Source of the DNA: a virus
Taxonomy: Duplodnaviria; Caudoviricetes
Reading direction: 5' to 3' (one strand)
Length of the DNA stretch: 64,000 nucleotides
IMG/VR virus record: IMGVR_UViG_3300021185_002017
The notes under the pieces were generated by a model, which did no database searches, was not told the DNA's origin, and worked only from the letters and a program-made list of their open reading frames with translations. The position numbers and the translations under genes were made by a program. Of the stretch, positions 17,683 through 26,268 are shown piece by piece. The number at the start of each line of letters is the position of its first letter. Position 1 is the first letter of the stretch.

Positions 17683-19356
17683 TTATTTTCCATACCAAAT
17701 ATTAATATAACCTGACTTATTTTCAAATGCTGTACCATCATTTATCCATTCTGGTAAGTTAGGAACCTGTGTACCTGTGTGGTACTGTATTAGGTCTGTG
17801 ATACCATCGCCATTTAAGTCTCCAAGTACACCTTCAGGTGTTGATACAATACAGTTGTTATCTGCATCGCAGATATCTTGCTGTGGTAAAGGTGGCAGTT
17901 GATTTCGTTGATGAAATACCAAGTTACCTTCTTTGTCATTGATGTAAATATAAGGTTCACCTTCTTGATCGTAACCACCTGATGACCAATAGTCCATGTA
18001 ACCATCGCCATTTAAATCAACAGTTTGCTTATGCACACCGGCACCAGTAATAAACTTTTCTGGGAATGGATTATCTTGCATTACAAGTTCGTTGCCTTCC
18101 ATAGCAAAAAGTACTCTAATTGTGCCGCCTTCGAGTTGTGTGTTACAGTCGTACTCAGCATTCTCATTGTATTGCTCGCCGTTAGCAAGACGCTGTACAG
18201 CCGCAAACGCCAACAGCATTGGTTCACTATCTGGTGTTGGCCACCAAAGTTCAAAGTGATCCCATGCAAGTCCACCAAAGTAATATTCGCCGTCTACTGC
18301 TACAATTTCGTTACGAGCACACCAAGTTGATACTTGTGGGTCTCCCCATTCGAGACATCCTAATTCATCACATGTATCGTACACTAATGTTTCATTTACA
18401 ATACCCTGTGTTATGTCGTATATAGCAAATCCTTCTCCACCTGAACCAATAGCATAGTTAGAAGTTACAGATCTTACTTCACCAAAAGGTCTGTGATCGT
18501 TAGTATCAAATGTTTGTAAATATGCCCACTGTGCCATTTTGTATTTGTCATCATCTGCTTCGTACTCAGCACTAACATCACGCCACTTTTGGCCTTCATT
18601 ACGATATGCTAAAGGAGTATTTCCTGTAGTAAAGTCACTATCCCAATAACCAAACAATATATCCCAATTGTAATTCATATTAGGTAAAGCGGCAACGCCT
18701 TGTGCCCAAATAGGTTCTTCACCAAGTTCTTTTAGATTGTATACATTGTTGAAATCTGCTGTAAACACACCCTGCATTGAATTATGATTACTAAAGTCTT
18801 CAGCTCGTTGTCTTTGAAAATCATCTCTTGAAACAATATATGTAATATGAGGCAAGCCAATACCACTGTTAGTATCTTCTAGCATTGTAAAAAACCCTGC
18901 AATGCCTCCTTTGTCTCCACCAATTTGTACATGATTTTGACCAAAAACTTCAATGTTGTTTACATTGTACGAACCGTACCCGTCACTCAAAAGTGCTAAC
19001 ATTGTGTTTGGTGACGGATCATCGTGTACAACATCAGGGCCTTGATTGGGGTGGTCTAAGTGTCCACACATCACAAACATTATTATATCTTTGTAGTTGT
19101 CGTTATTGATATCTACTAACATTGTTTGCTGTATTCGTGATAATGTGCAAGTAGGTATATCTAACTCGCTTACTGCATCAAGGATTGATACATCTGGTGC
19201 ATTATTGTATCGCACATCGAAAGAAGGCGTACTCGGAGGTGGTGTAGTCGAGGGTGGTGGAGGTGTTTGTACTGCTGGAGCAGCAGAGCTGCCCCCGCCG
19301 CCACCGCAGCCTATTAGTAATAGTGTACAAAGTACTGCCGGTATATTCATTCGCAT
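17683..19356 (-). CDS. Lipoprotein with FG-GAP/VCBS-like Ca-binding repeats
   Basis: Lipobox LLIGC followed by G5 and a Pro-rich tether. Repeats DINNDNYKDII, DLNGDGYMD and DLNGDGITDLI. Confidence 0.8.
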   Translation of the reverse strand: MRMNIPAVLCTLLLIGCGGGGGSSAAPAVQTPPPPSTTPPPSTPSFDVRYNNAPDVSILDAVSELDIPTCTLSRIQQTMLVDINNDNYKDIIMFVMCGHLDHPNQGPDVVHDDPSPNTMLALLSDGYGSYNVNNIEVFGQNHVQIGGDKGGIAGFFTMLEDTNSGIGLPHITYIVSRDDFQRQRAEDFSNHNSMQGVFTADFNNVYNLKELGEEPIWAQGVAALPNMNYNWDILFGYWDSDFTTGNTPLAYRNEGQKWRDVSAEYEADDDKYKMAQWAYLQTFDTNDHRPFGEVRSVTSNYAIGSGGEGFAIYDITQGIVNETLVYDTCDELGCLEWGDPQVSTWCARNEIVAVDGEYYFGGLAWDHFELWWPTPDSEPMLLAFAAVQRLANGEQYNENAEYDCNTQLEGGTIRVLFAMEGNELVMQDNPFPEKFITGAGVHKQTVDLNGDGYMDYWSSGGYDQEGEPYIYINDKEGNLVFHQRNQLPPLPQQDICDADNNCIVSTPEGVLGDLNGDGITDLIQYHTGTQVPNLPEWINDGTAFENKSGYINIWYGK

Positions 19357-19393
19357 AATAATAGTCCTACCTATAATTTAAAATACAGTAGTT

Positions 19394-19421
19394 ATTATAG
19401 CAGAATTTATGTTAAAGTCAA
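19394..19421 (-). promoter_or_regulatory. Sigma70-type promoter TTGACT-N16-TATAAT with extended -10
   Basis: Read directly upstream of 19356. Confidence 0.75.
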
Positions 19422-19439
19422 GTGAATATACGACAGTTA

Positions 19440-19452
19440 AATCAACGACTTA
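19440..19452. promoter_or_regulatory. IHF-consensus-like site AATCAACGACTTA
   Basis: Matches WATCAANNNNTTR. Same offset from the -35 box as the copy at 29242. Confidence 0.5.
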
Positions 19453-20124
19453 CAGTGTTTTGTGCTTGAATTCTTCAGCCATAGGGAAGATTTTAGTAAT
19501 AGCATCCGCTACTGCCCATGCTAATTCCATATGTTCTAATTGTGTGCCGTTGTCGCCACGCAATTCAATGTAGTGAATCCAACTACGCAATGTACCATTA
19601 ACATACAAACGGCTCACAGTATTGCCTTCTGGTAGTACTGCTCTTGCTTGTTCTTTAGCAATACCATTTTCTATAGCCCAATTGTATAGCTCGGTTGTTT
19701 GCCTAATATGCTTCATTTGTTTCATACGCCAGTCTTCGTTGATTCTGCGTTGGCTTTCGTCACTGGTATCAATTGCAATACTGTTTTGGCGATTCTTTGT
19801 GTCTTGCAGTCTTGCTTCTCGTGGAATCATTTCTAATTCCTTAACAGGGTCTGCATATCGTTGACTAAACTCTTGGAAACTAAAACTCCTATGGCGTAAT
19901 AGTTGTCGTGCAATGTCTCTGGTTGTTTCAATCTCAAGACACACTGATACCATTTCAAGTGGCGACCAGTGTTTATGTTTCATTAGATACTTAACAAGTC
20001 CTGTTGCTGTTTCTTTATTATTTTGATTATCTGGATTACTTACTCTCGCACAATAGGCTACTAAGTCTAATGCTGATTCGTTGTAATCTGGTGCTTGGCT
20101 ATAACTAATTAGTTTTGCTTTCAT
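19450..20124 (-). CDS. thyX: FAD-dependent thymidylate synthase
   Basis: KHKHWSPLE, RQLLRHRSFSFQEFSQRYA, ARAVLP, NGTLRSWIHYIELR. Confidence 0.95.
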   Translation of the reverse strand: MKAKLISYSQAPDYNESALDLVAYCARVSNPDNQNNKETATGLVKYLMKHKHWSPLEMVSVCLEIETTRDIARQLLRHRSFSFQEFSQRYADPVKELEMIPREARLQDTKNRQNSIAIDTSDESQRRINEDWRMKQMKHIRQTTELYNWAIENGIAKEQARAVLPEGNTVSRLYVNGTLRSWIHYIELRGDNGTQLEHMELAWAVADAITKIFPMAEEFKHKTL

Positions 20125-20137
20125 TTCTTTCCTTTGG

Positions 20138-20860
20138 TTAGATTCCTGCCGCCCGGCAAGTTTGTTGTATCTCTTTTACTTCTTCTCTATTTTTCTTAAA
20201 CAGTTGCATCCAAAATGGAGCATCAATAATATGCTCAATCATTTTTACTTGCTCATCGTTAAGTCGTGTTAACAACTTATCTCCTGTGTTAGACAAATAT
20301 AACAACCACGGTGATATTTTTGCACTTCGAATATCATACACTGCTCTATTAGGACTTACTTCTGTAAAGTATGTTTGCCATACTAAATTATTTTCATCTG
20401 CCCATTTAGAGAGATACATTATGTTTCTTTCTAATGCTCTCATACCACTTTCTTTTTTTACATACTCTAATAAGTATTCGTCATACAAGGCATCACTTGC
20501 CCAATCCTTTAACTTTTTGCTATTCTTAATTAACCATTCGGCAAACTTTTCTGGTTCTAAATATTCGTTGCGTACACAACTGCGACCAAACTTAACAAAG
20601 CCTTCATAGTATTGACTGTTAATAAAATCATCTATGCTTTTAGATTTACTTGCACTAGTATTCATTTCATAAAACATTTGATATACTCGATAACCAAGTC
20701 TTACATGCGTCATATCTTTGTCAGCATTTCGACGCTTCTTAACACACATATGAACACTAAGAGTTCTTTCACTCTTAAAGTTCTTCCCACACCATTTACA
20801 AGTGTTATTTTCCGAAGATGTCTTTAATTGTTTTGTCGTCGTATCCATGGGACCTTGCAT
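20138..20860 (-). CDS. Hypothetical protein with an N-terminal classical-type zinc finger
   Basis: CKWCGKNFKSERTLSVHMC. The true start may be ATG 20848. Confidence 0.7.
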   Translation of the reverse strand: MQGPMDTTTKQLKTSSENNTCKWCGKNFKSERTLSVHMCVKKRRNADKDMTHVRLGYRVYQMFYEMNTSASKSKSIDDFINSQYYEGFVKFGRSCVRNEYLEPEKFAEWLIKNSKKLKDWASDALYDEYLLEYVKKESGMRALERNIMYLSKWADENNLVWQTYFTEVSPNRAVYDIRSAKISPWLLYLSNTGDKLLTRLNDEQVKMIEHIIDAPFWMQLFKKNREEVKEIQQTCRAAGI

Positions 20861-21275
20861 ATTCTTTTAGTTCATCTTTAGAGTTTATCTGCTTTAGTAA
20901 GTCTACTTCTTCACCTTTCATATGAGGGAAGATACTGTAGATAAACTCGCTTACTTTATCTTTTTTCTTTTTAGCATTAGGTGGCTTTAGGTACGGATGG
21001 AATTGTACTTTACCAACACCACATGCACTTAGTAACAACCATTGCAATTCTGGGTGCTTACTAACTTCGCTATAATCTCTATTAACAAGTTCGTTGGTCA
21101 TATAGATGTAGTGAGCGGCATCCTTGCCTTGTACACTACTTGCGTAACGCATCATCATCCATGAACTAAATGCTTTCTTTTGTTCTGGTGTTAAGTTATT
21201 GTAGTACTTCCTATCACGCTTGTCAAGTGCGGCCATAATATCCTTTAACGGTATTGCTGGTGCCTTCTTAGCCAT
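20805..21275 (-). CDS. Clamp-loader small subunit-like protein (T4 gp62-like)
   Basis: Size and motifs (FSSWMMMRYAS, KHPELQWLLL) recall gp62-type proteins. Recognised from memory. Confidence 0.5.
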   Translation of the reverse strand: MAKKAPAIPLKDIMAALDKRDRKYYNNLTPEQKKAFSSWMMMRYASSVQGKDAAHYIYMTNELVNRDYSEVSKHPELQWLLLSACGVGKVQFHPYLKPPNAKKKKDKVSEFIYSIFPHMKGEEVDLLKQINSKDELKEYARSHGYDDKTIKDIFGK

Positions 21276-21798
21276 TAGTGTTTTCCTTGTATATTTTTAT
21301 GTAATGCTCTTCGCCTTTGGCAACATTTTCTATCCATGTAGTGTCAGCAGAATCGTCTGCACTATCGCTTACATACTTGTAGCACTTAAAGTCTACTTTT
21401 CTATCAGTACATGCTTTAGCAATTGCAAATGCTTCCATGTCAACAACATGGGCAGGATATTCTAAGTCTGGATCTGTAACAAAGTTATCGCCTGTGCTAC
21501 ATGTATATCCAACTCCTAACGAAATAGTAATAGGGTCTTTTGGTAAAAATAATTCAATTGCTTCTGGGCACTTGCCTTTGTCTCGCTCAACAAAATTTAC
21601 CATTTCGTGACATCCAGATTCTAACTTAATTCCACCTGCTGTACCAAAGTTCCAAACAGTTTGTGGGTTATGTTTTTCAATAAGTCTTGCCGCTGTTAAT
21701 GCCGCATTAATTTTACCAACGCCTGTAAAGAAAACATTATCCCACTTAGCCATAGTGGGTGCTTCACTTTCAAGTGCAATTAATATTAGATCTTTCAT
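21268..21798 (-). CDS. MTA/SAH nucleosidase-like protein (PNP_UDP_1 fold)
   Basis: TGVGKINAA, NFGTAGG, STGDNFV, VDMEAFAIAKAC, YVSDSAD. Start moved to 21798 (ATGA overlap with apt). Confidence 0.85.
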   Translation of the reverse strand: MKDLILIALESEAPTMAKWDNVFFTGVGKINAALTAARLIEKHNPQTVWNFGTAGGIKLESGCHEMVNFVERDKGKCPEAIELFLPKDPITISLGVGYTCSTGDNFVTDPDLEYPAHVVDMEAFAIAKACTDRKVDFKCYKYVSDSADDSADTTWIENVAKGEEHYIKIYKENTNG

Positions 21799-22325
21799 TC
21801 GTTTATATCCATGACGCTGAATGTTTCCACTCCGCAATAGTCCTTTAGTTTAGCAGTTCCTTCTAAGAAAGTCAAGTCTATTATGCAGGCATAATTTATA
21901 TCATACCCTCCTGCTTGTTTAATTAGTTCTACCATAGCATTAGCAGTTCCACCTGTAGCACTAACATCATCTACGATGCATATTCTATCAGTATATGCAA
22001 ACTCAACACTGTCTAGCATTTCTAAAGTTTCTTCACCATACTCTAATGTATATGAATACGACTTTACTTTGCCTGGCAATTTACCTGGCTTACGAACAAT
22101 GTGTAAAGGGATACCTAGTGCTAGTGCAACAGGAGCACCCCATATAAAGCCACGAGCATCGGGTGCAACAATCTGTGTTGCTTTGATACTTCTGCAATAT
22201 GCAACGACCTTATCTACAGTGTACTTAAATGCTTTTGGGTCTTCGAGTATGCTTGATATATCTTTGAACATGACTCCCTCTATTGGGAAGTCAGGTACAG
22301 TACGGAGTATTTTATTGAGATCCAT
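21795..22325 (-). CDS. apt: Adenine phosphoribosyltransferase
   Basis: VPDFPIEGVMFKDI, DARGFIWG, VRKPGKLPG, YTLEYG, IVDDVSATGGT. Confidence 0.95.
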   Translation of the reverse strand: MDLNKILRTVPDFPIEGVMFKDISSILEDPKAFKYTVDKVVAYCRSIKATQIVAPDARGFIWGAPVALALGIPLHIVRKPGKLPGKVKSYSYTLEYGEETLEMLDSVEFAYTDRICIVDDVSATGGTANAMVELIKQAGGYDINYACIIDLTFLEGTAKLKDYCGVETFSVMDINE

Positions 22326-23418
22326 ATAAGTCTAACTGCTCCCATGGTAAATCTTCTTTTCCAAAATGCCCATAGTTTGTGGTAGTAGTTAGATCTAAAT
22401 TGAATAAATCAAATCTATCAATTATTCCCTTTGGTGTTAAGTCAACAAGTTCTTGTAATTCTGCAACTAAGTCAGGCCTGACCTCGCCGTCAGCATAAAC
22501 ATACAAACTAGTTGGTTCAACTACACCAATAGCATAACTTAGTTGTACAGTACAGTTGTCTGCTTTGCCTGATGCTACAATGTTCTTTGCCAAATAGCGA
22601 GCCATATATGCTGCTGATCTGTCGACCTTAGTGCAGTCCTTACCTGAAAAAGCACCGCCCCCATGTGGAGCATAGCCGCCATAAGTATCAACAATAATTT
22701 TTCGTCCAGTAAGTCCTGTATCTCCATCTGGTCCTCCAATAACAAATCTACCCGTTGGGTTGATTAAAAATTCAGTTTCTGATAAATTAAACACACCGTC
22801 TAACTCATCGATAATGATTTGCTCAATTCTGTCACGAACAGTTTGTATACTTACATCATCGCTATGCTGAGTACTGCAAACAATCTTGCTAATACCTACA
22901 GGTTGATTAATGCTATCGTAATCCATTGTAACTTGACTTTTACTATCAGGTCCAATCCATTCTTCGCCGTTGCGTCTTTCTTTTGCAAGTCTGCGTAGAA
23001 TTTTATGACTATAGTAAATAGCACTTGGCATATACTCAGGTGTTTCTTTACATGCATAGCCAAACATAAGTCCTTGGTCACCTGCACCAAACTCATCAGT
23101 ACCTAATGCAATATCTGCACTTTGTCCGTGTAGTTTGTTTACTACTGTTAGGTTAGCCCAATGGAAACCTTCTTGTTCGTATCCAATATTCTTAACTACT
23201 TGTCTAACTATAGATTCTACAGTTTCATCATCGATAGGCATGTCTCTTTTGTATTCGCCAGCAACAACAACACTATTAGTTGTTACAAGTGTTTCTACTG
23301 CCGCTCTATGATTAATATTACCGTTGATTATTGCATTAGCAATACTATCTGAAATTAAGTCAGATATTTTGTCTGGGTGTCCTTCGCTAACGCTCTCGCT
23401 AGTAAATTGATAAGACAT
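22312..23418 (-). CDS. metK: S-adenosylmethionine synthetase
   Basis: FTSESVSEGHPDK, GAGDQGLMFGYA, NPTGRFVIGGP, GLTGRKIIVDTYGG, GGGAFSGKD. Start moved to 23418 (GGAG RBS). Confidence 0.97.
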   Translation of the reverse strand: MSYQFTSESVSEGHPDKISDLISDSIANAIINGNINHRAAVETLVTTNSVVVAGEYKRDMPIDDETVESIVRQVVKNIGYEQEGFHWANLTVVNKLHGQSADIALGTDEFGAGDQGLMFGYACKETPEYMPSAIYYSHKILRRLAKERRNGEEWIGPDSKSQVTMDYDSINQPVGISKIVCSTQHSDDVSIQTVRDRIEQIIIDELDGVFNLSETEFLINPTGRFVIGGPDGDTGLTGRKIIVDTYGGYAPHGGGAFSGKDCTKVDRSAAYMARYLAKNIVASGKADNCTVQLSYAIGVVEPTSLYVYADGEVRPDLVAELQELVDLTPKGIIDRFDLFNLDLTTTTNYGHFGKEDLPWEQLDLYGSQ

Positions 23419-23491
23419 ATATTCTATCTCCTTTTTAATTTTATGTACCTTGTATTTACAGTTTCTGCGAACTGTATACACGGTTTACTGG

Positions 23492-24286
23492 TTACTCTCT
23501 ATCTTCGTACCAATCGTCAAACATTTCTTTAACATATTCAGTTTCTTCCATATCATAACTGACATATTTTTCTGATACATCATGCCATTTAGTGTTAACA
23601 AAACCAACACCAGCATAATAACCTTTGCCCATTGAATCCGAATAATCATAGTCAACTTGTAAAGGTTTACGGTCATACCAATATGACTCAATAAACTCGC
23701 CCATATCAGATTCAAGTTGTCCTGTTTGAAGTAACTCTGGGTCAAAGTCTTCGCCATCAGTTTCAACATACACTTCACCAAATGTACCTTTTTCTGAACT
23801 TAAGAAAAACAATGTTGGTTGATAGTCTTCTTCATTTTCAGAATCAATTTCGTCACTGCTATAACATTCTCTACTATAGATACAAGCCTCGTAGGAATAA
23901 TAATTGCTGTCATCTAATTCTTCAAACATCATTGTACTGTAGTCGTGATCTACATCTTCCTTCCACTGTATCAATCCATCTTCATAAATTGCATCTTCAT
24001 GTAATGTGATTTCAGTAACTTCAAACTCATTGTCAGCGAATGGACTATTAATGTGTTCTAGATCATCGTTCTCATTCCAACAATAAAAATCTTCCAATTT
24101 AGGTGACGCTGAATCCATCATGTCTTCGTCGTCCCACTCAATGCCTTGTAGATGCTCGATTAAATCTCCATCGCCATCTTCTGCAACTTTTGGCTTCCAG
24201 TAGTCAACAAACTCTTTGCTAACTCCGCCAACTGCTAATTCACCGCCATAACGACCGGTGTTAATTCTAAAATATCTTTTGCTCAT
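23492..24286 (-). CDS. Strongly acidic hypothetical protein
   Basis: 264 aa, visibly D/E- and aromatic-rich. Confidence 0.7.
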   Translation of the reverse strand: MSKRYFRINTGRYGGELAVGGVSKEFVDYWKPKVAEDGDGDLIEHLQGIEWDDEDMMDSASPKLEDFYCWNENDDLEHINSPFADNEFEVTEITLHEDAIYEDGLIQWKEDVDHDYSTMMFEELDDSNYYSYEACIYSRECYSSDEIDSENEEDYQPTLFFLSSEKGTFGEVYVETDGEDFDPELLQTGQLESDMGEFIESYWYDRKPLQVDYDYSDSMGKGYYAGVGFVNTKWHDVSEKYVSYDMEETEYVKEMFDDWYEDRE

Positions 24287-24780
24287 AATAATTCTCCAAA
24301 GTCTATATCTTTCACTTTGTTTGCTTCTTTAACAAACATAGCACATTTAGGTTCCTTTTTATCTTCCAAAGGAATTACCAATATATGGCCGTTTTTTAGT
24401 CTTGGGAAATACCATTTAACATCTTGGTATACATTGGTAATCTGTATTTCTTCATTGTCCGGAATGCCATTACGCATTGGGTTGAAGACTGGTGTAACAA
24501 AGCCTCTATTGTTTAGGCTTGCTAATGGAATAACTTCTAAACTACCGAAATCTTCATCGCTAGTTAGAATACTCCAATCCATAGGCATTTGTAATTGAAA
24601 CTCGCCTATCTGTAAACATATCGCTGGAGCATGAAAACTCTCTAAGAATATGAGTGGTAAGAAATAGTAGTCTTTGTAATCTGGTTCGCTAGTATCGAAC
24701 ACACAATATCTTAAATCATCTATTTCGTCTGGTACTGTATCTAGTTCGTATACTGCATTTTCAACTGTTAATATTTTCAT
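24283..24780 (-). CDS. Hypothetical protein translationally coupled to uvsW (possible degenerate Hint fold)
   Basis: ATGA overlaps at both ends, beta-rich pattern. Confidence 0.6.
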   Translation of the reverse strand: MKILTVENAVYELDTVPDEIDDLRYCVFDTSEPDYKDYYFLPLIFLESFHAPAICLQIGEFQLQMPMDWSILTSDEDFGSLEVIPLASLNNRGFVTPVFNPMRNGIPDNEEIQITNVYQDVKWYFPRLKNGHILVIPLEDKKEPKCAMFVKEANKVKDIDFGELL

Positions 24781-26234
24781 TTATACTCCACTTTGGTTAC
24801 CGAGTATCTAAACTTTTGTTCAGCATAAAATTGCTTTCTTTTTGTTAGATGTCTCTTACTATACTTTAGATTACTCGTTAAGTCAATCACTTTCAGATAA
24901 TCTTTATCTTCTGCTTTACGGATTCCTCTGCCAATGCTTTGTATAACACGAACAAAACTCTTTCCAGGTTCGAGCAATACAAGGTTAAATATTCGAGGAA
25001 TGTTAATTCCTACTGCGGCAACTCCGTATGTTGCAACAATAACTTTATTATCTGCTTCAGACACTTCAGCATATTCATCCTGCCTGTCTGTTGTTTTCAT
25101 TTTGCCACTGATAAATGTCCAATCAGGATTTCTTTCAGATAGCATTTCTCCAGTTGCAATTCGATCTATTAGTACTAATGTATTGCCATTTACTGCAAGT
25201 CCATTAATGATAGAACTAATTTGATCTATGCGTTGTGGGTCTGTGACCAACCATTTAAGTTCTTGTGCATACCCATTAAACCCTAGTGTACCATCTTGCA
25301 ATTGAAATATATCAATGTCTAAGTCTGCTAGTACGCCCATGTCTTGTAGTTCTTTACTGCTTAGTTCACCTACAACAGGACCTAAGCAACAAGTACAAGC
25401 CACTGCTTCATGTTCGTCTTTGGGTATAGTTCCTGTTAATCCCCAACGCACTGGTACATTAGAGAAAACACTGCTTAGAAGGTCTCTAAGCACATCTGCT
25501 TTTGCTTTGTGTACTTCGTCTACCATTACACATACTACTTCATCTAAAAACTGTTCTATGTCAATTGGTGCTTCACCTTTCTTTGACTTCTTAGATAGCA
25601 TGGATAAACTTTGCCAAGTACAAATGGTATGTGTCTTTGTATACTCTTTTCTATCGCCGAATAGTACTCCAACATCTAAACCTAAATTCTTGTAATCTCT
25701 TTCTGTTTGCACTACCAAGTCTTTGTTTGGTACGATTACTATTGTGCGACCATACTTCTCACACTTGTGACTCAGTACGGCTGTAATAAGTGTTTTACCT
25801 GCTCCTGTTGCTACTTGTTGTAAACACTGTGGATTCTGTAAAAACTTATTAATAACTTTAACTTGATAATCACGCAATATAACTGGCATGCCTTCAACTG
25901 GATGTCCTTTAGGCCATGCTACATGATCATAGTCTGTTGATGTAACATCTTCAAAAGACAATTGAATAGGTTGCCTTTGATCGTTTACTTCTATCTCATA
26001 ACCGGCTTCGGTTACTAATGGTAATAAACGATCAAGCAAATTAAGATAAGTTCTGCCGCCAACATCACAGAATCTTACACAGCCATCCCATCTACCTAGT
26101 TTGTATGCAGGCATATGATATGCATACGGTAAAAAGTATTTGGCTGCTTCGGATATCTTTCTGCGAGTTGCTACATCAAGTCCAACGAACTTGACATTTA
26201 CTTCATCTCTTATTTCTAAAGTTACTTTAGGCAT
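24777..26234 (-). CDS. uvsW: SF2 DNA helicase (UvsW-like)
   Basis: LRDYQ, ATGAGKT, VDEVHKAK, GLTGT, AVGINIPRI, QSIGRGIR. Confidence 0.9.
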   Translation of the reverse strand: MPKVTLEIRDEVNVKFVGLDVATRRKISEAAKYFLPYAYHMPAYKLGRWDGCVRFCDVGGRTYLNLLDRLLPLVTEAGYEIEVNDQRQPIQLSFEDVTSTDYDHVAWPKGHPVEGMPVILRDYQVKVINKFLQNPQCLQQVATGAGKTLITAVLSHKCEKYGRTIVIVPNKDLVVQTERDYKNLGLDVGVLFGDRKEYTKTHTICTWQSLSMLSKKSKKGEAPIDIEQFLDEVVCVMVDEVHKAKADVLRDLLSSVFSNVPVRWGLTGTIPKDEHEAVACTCCLGPVVGELSSKELQDMGVLADLDIDIFQLQDGTLGFNGYAQELKWLVTDPQRIDQISSIINGLAVNGNTLVLIDRIATGEMLSERNPDWTFISGKMKTTDRQDEYAEVSEADNKVIVATYGVAAVGINIPRIFNLVLLEPGKSFVRVIQSIGRGIRKAEDKDYLKVIDLTSNLKYSKRHLTKRKQFYAEQKFRYSVTKVEYK

Positions 26235-26239
26235 ACGCT

Positions 26240-26268
26240 ATTATAGTCTACTTGTATGTTAATGTCAA
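26240..26268 (-). promoter_or_regulatory. Perfect sigma70 promoter TTGACA-N17-TATAAT
   Basis: Overlaps the 3' end of the TonB-receptor gene. The uvsW ATG follows 5 nt after the -10 box. Confidence 0.85.

Noticed and set aside
23485-23781. Alternative-frame minus-strand ORF (98 aa)
   Set aside because: Nested out of frame within 23492..24286, with no RBS.
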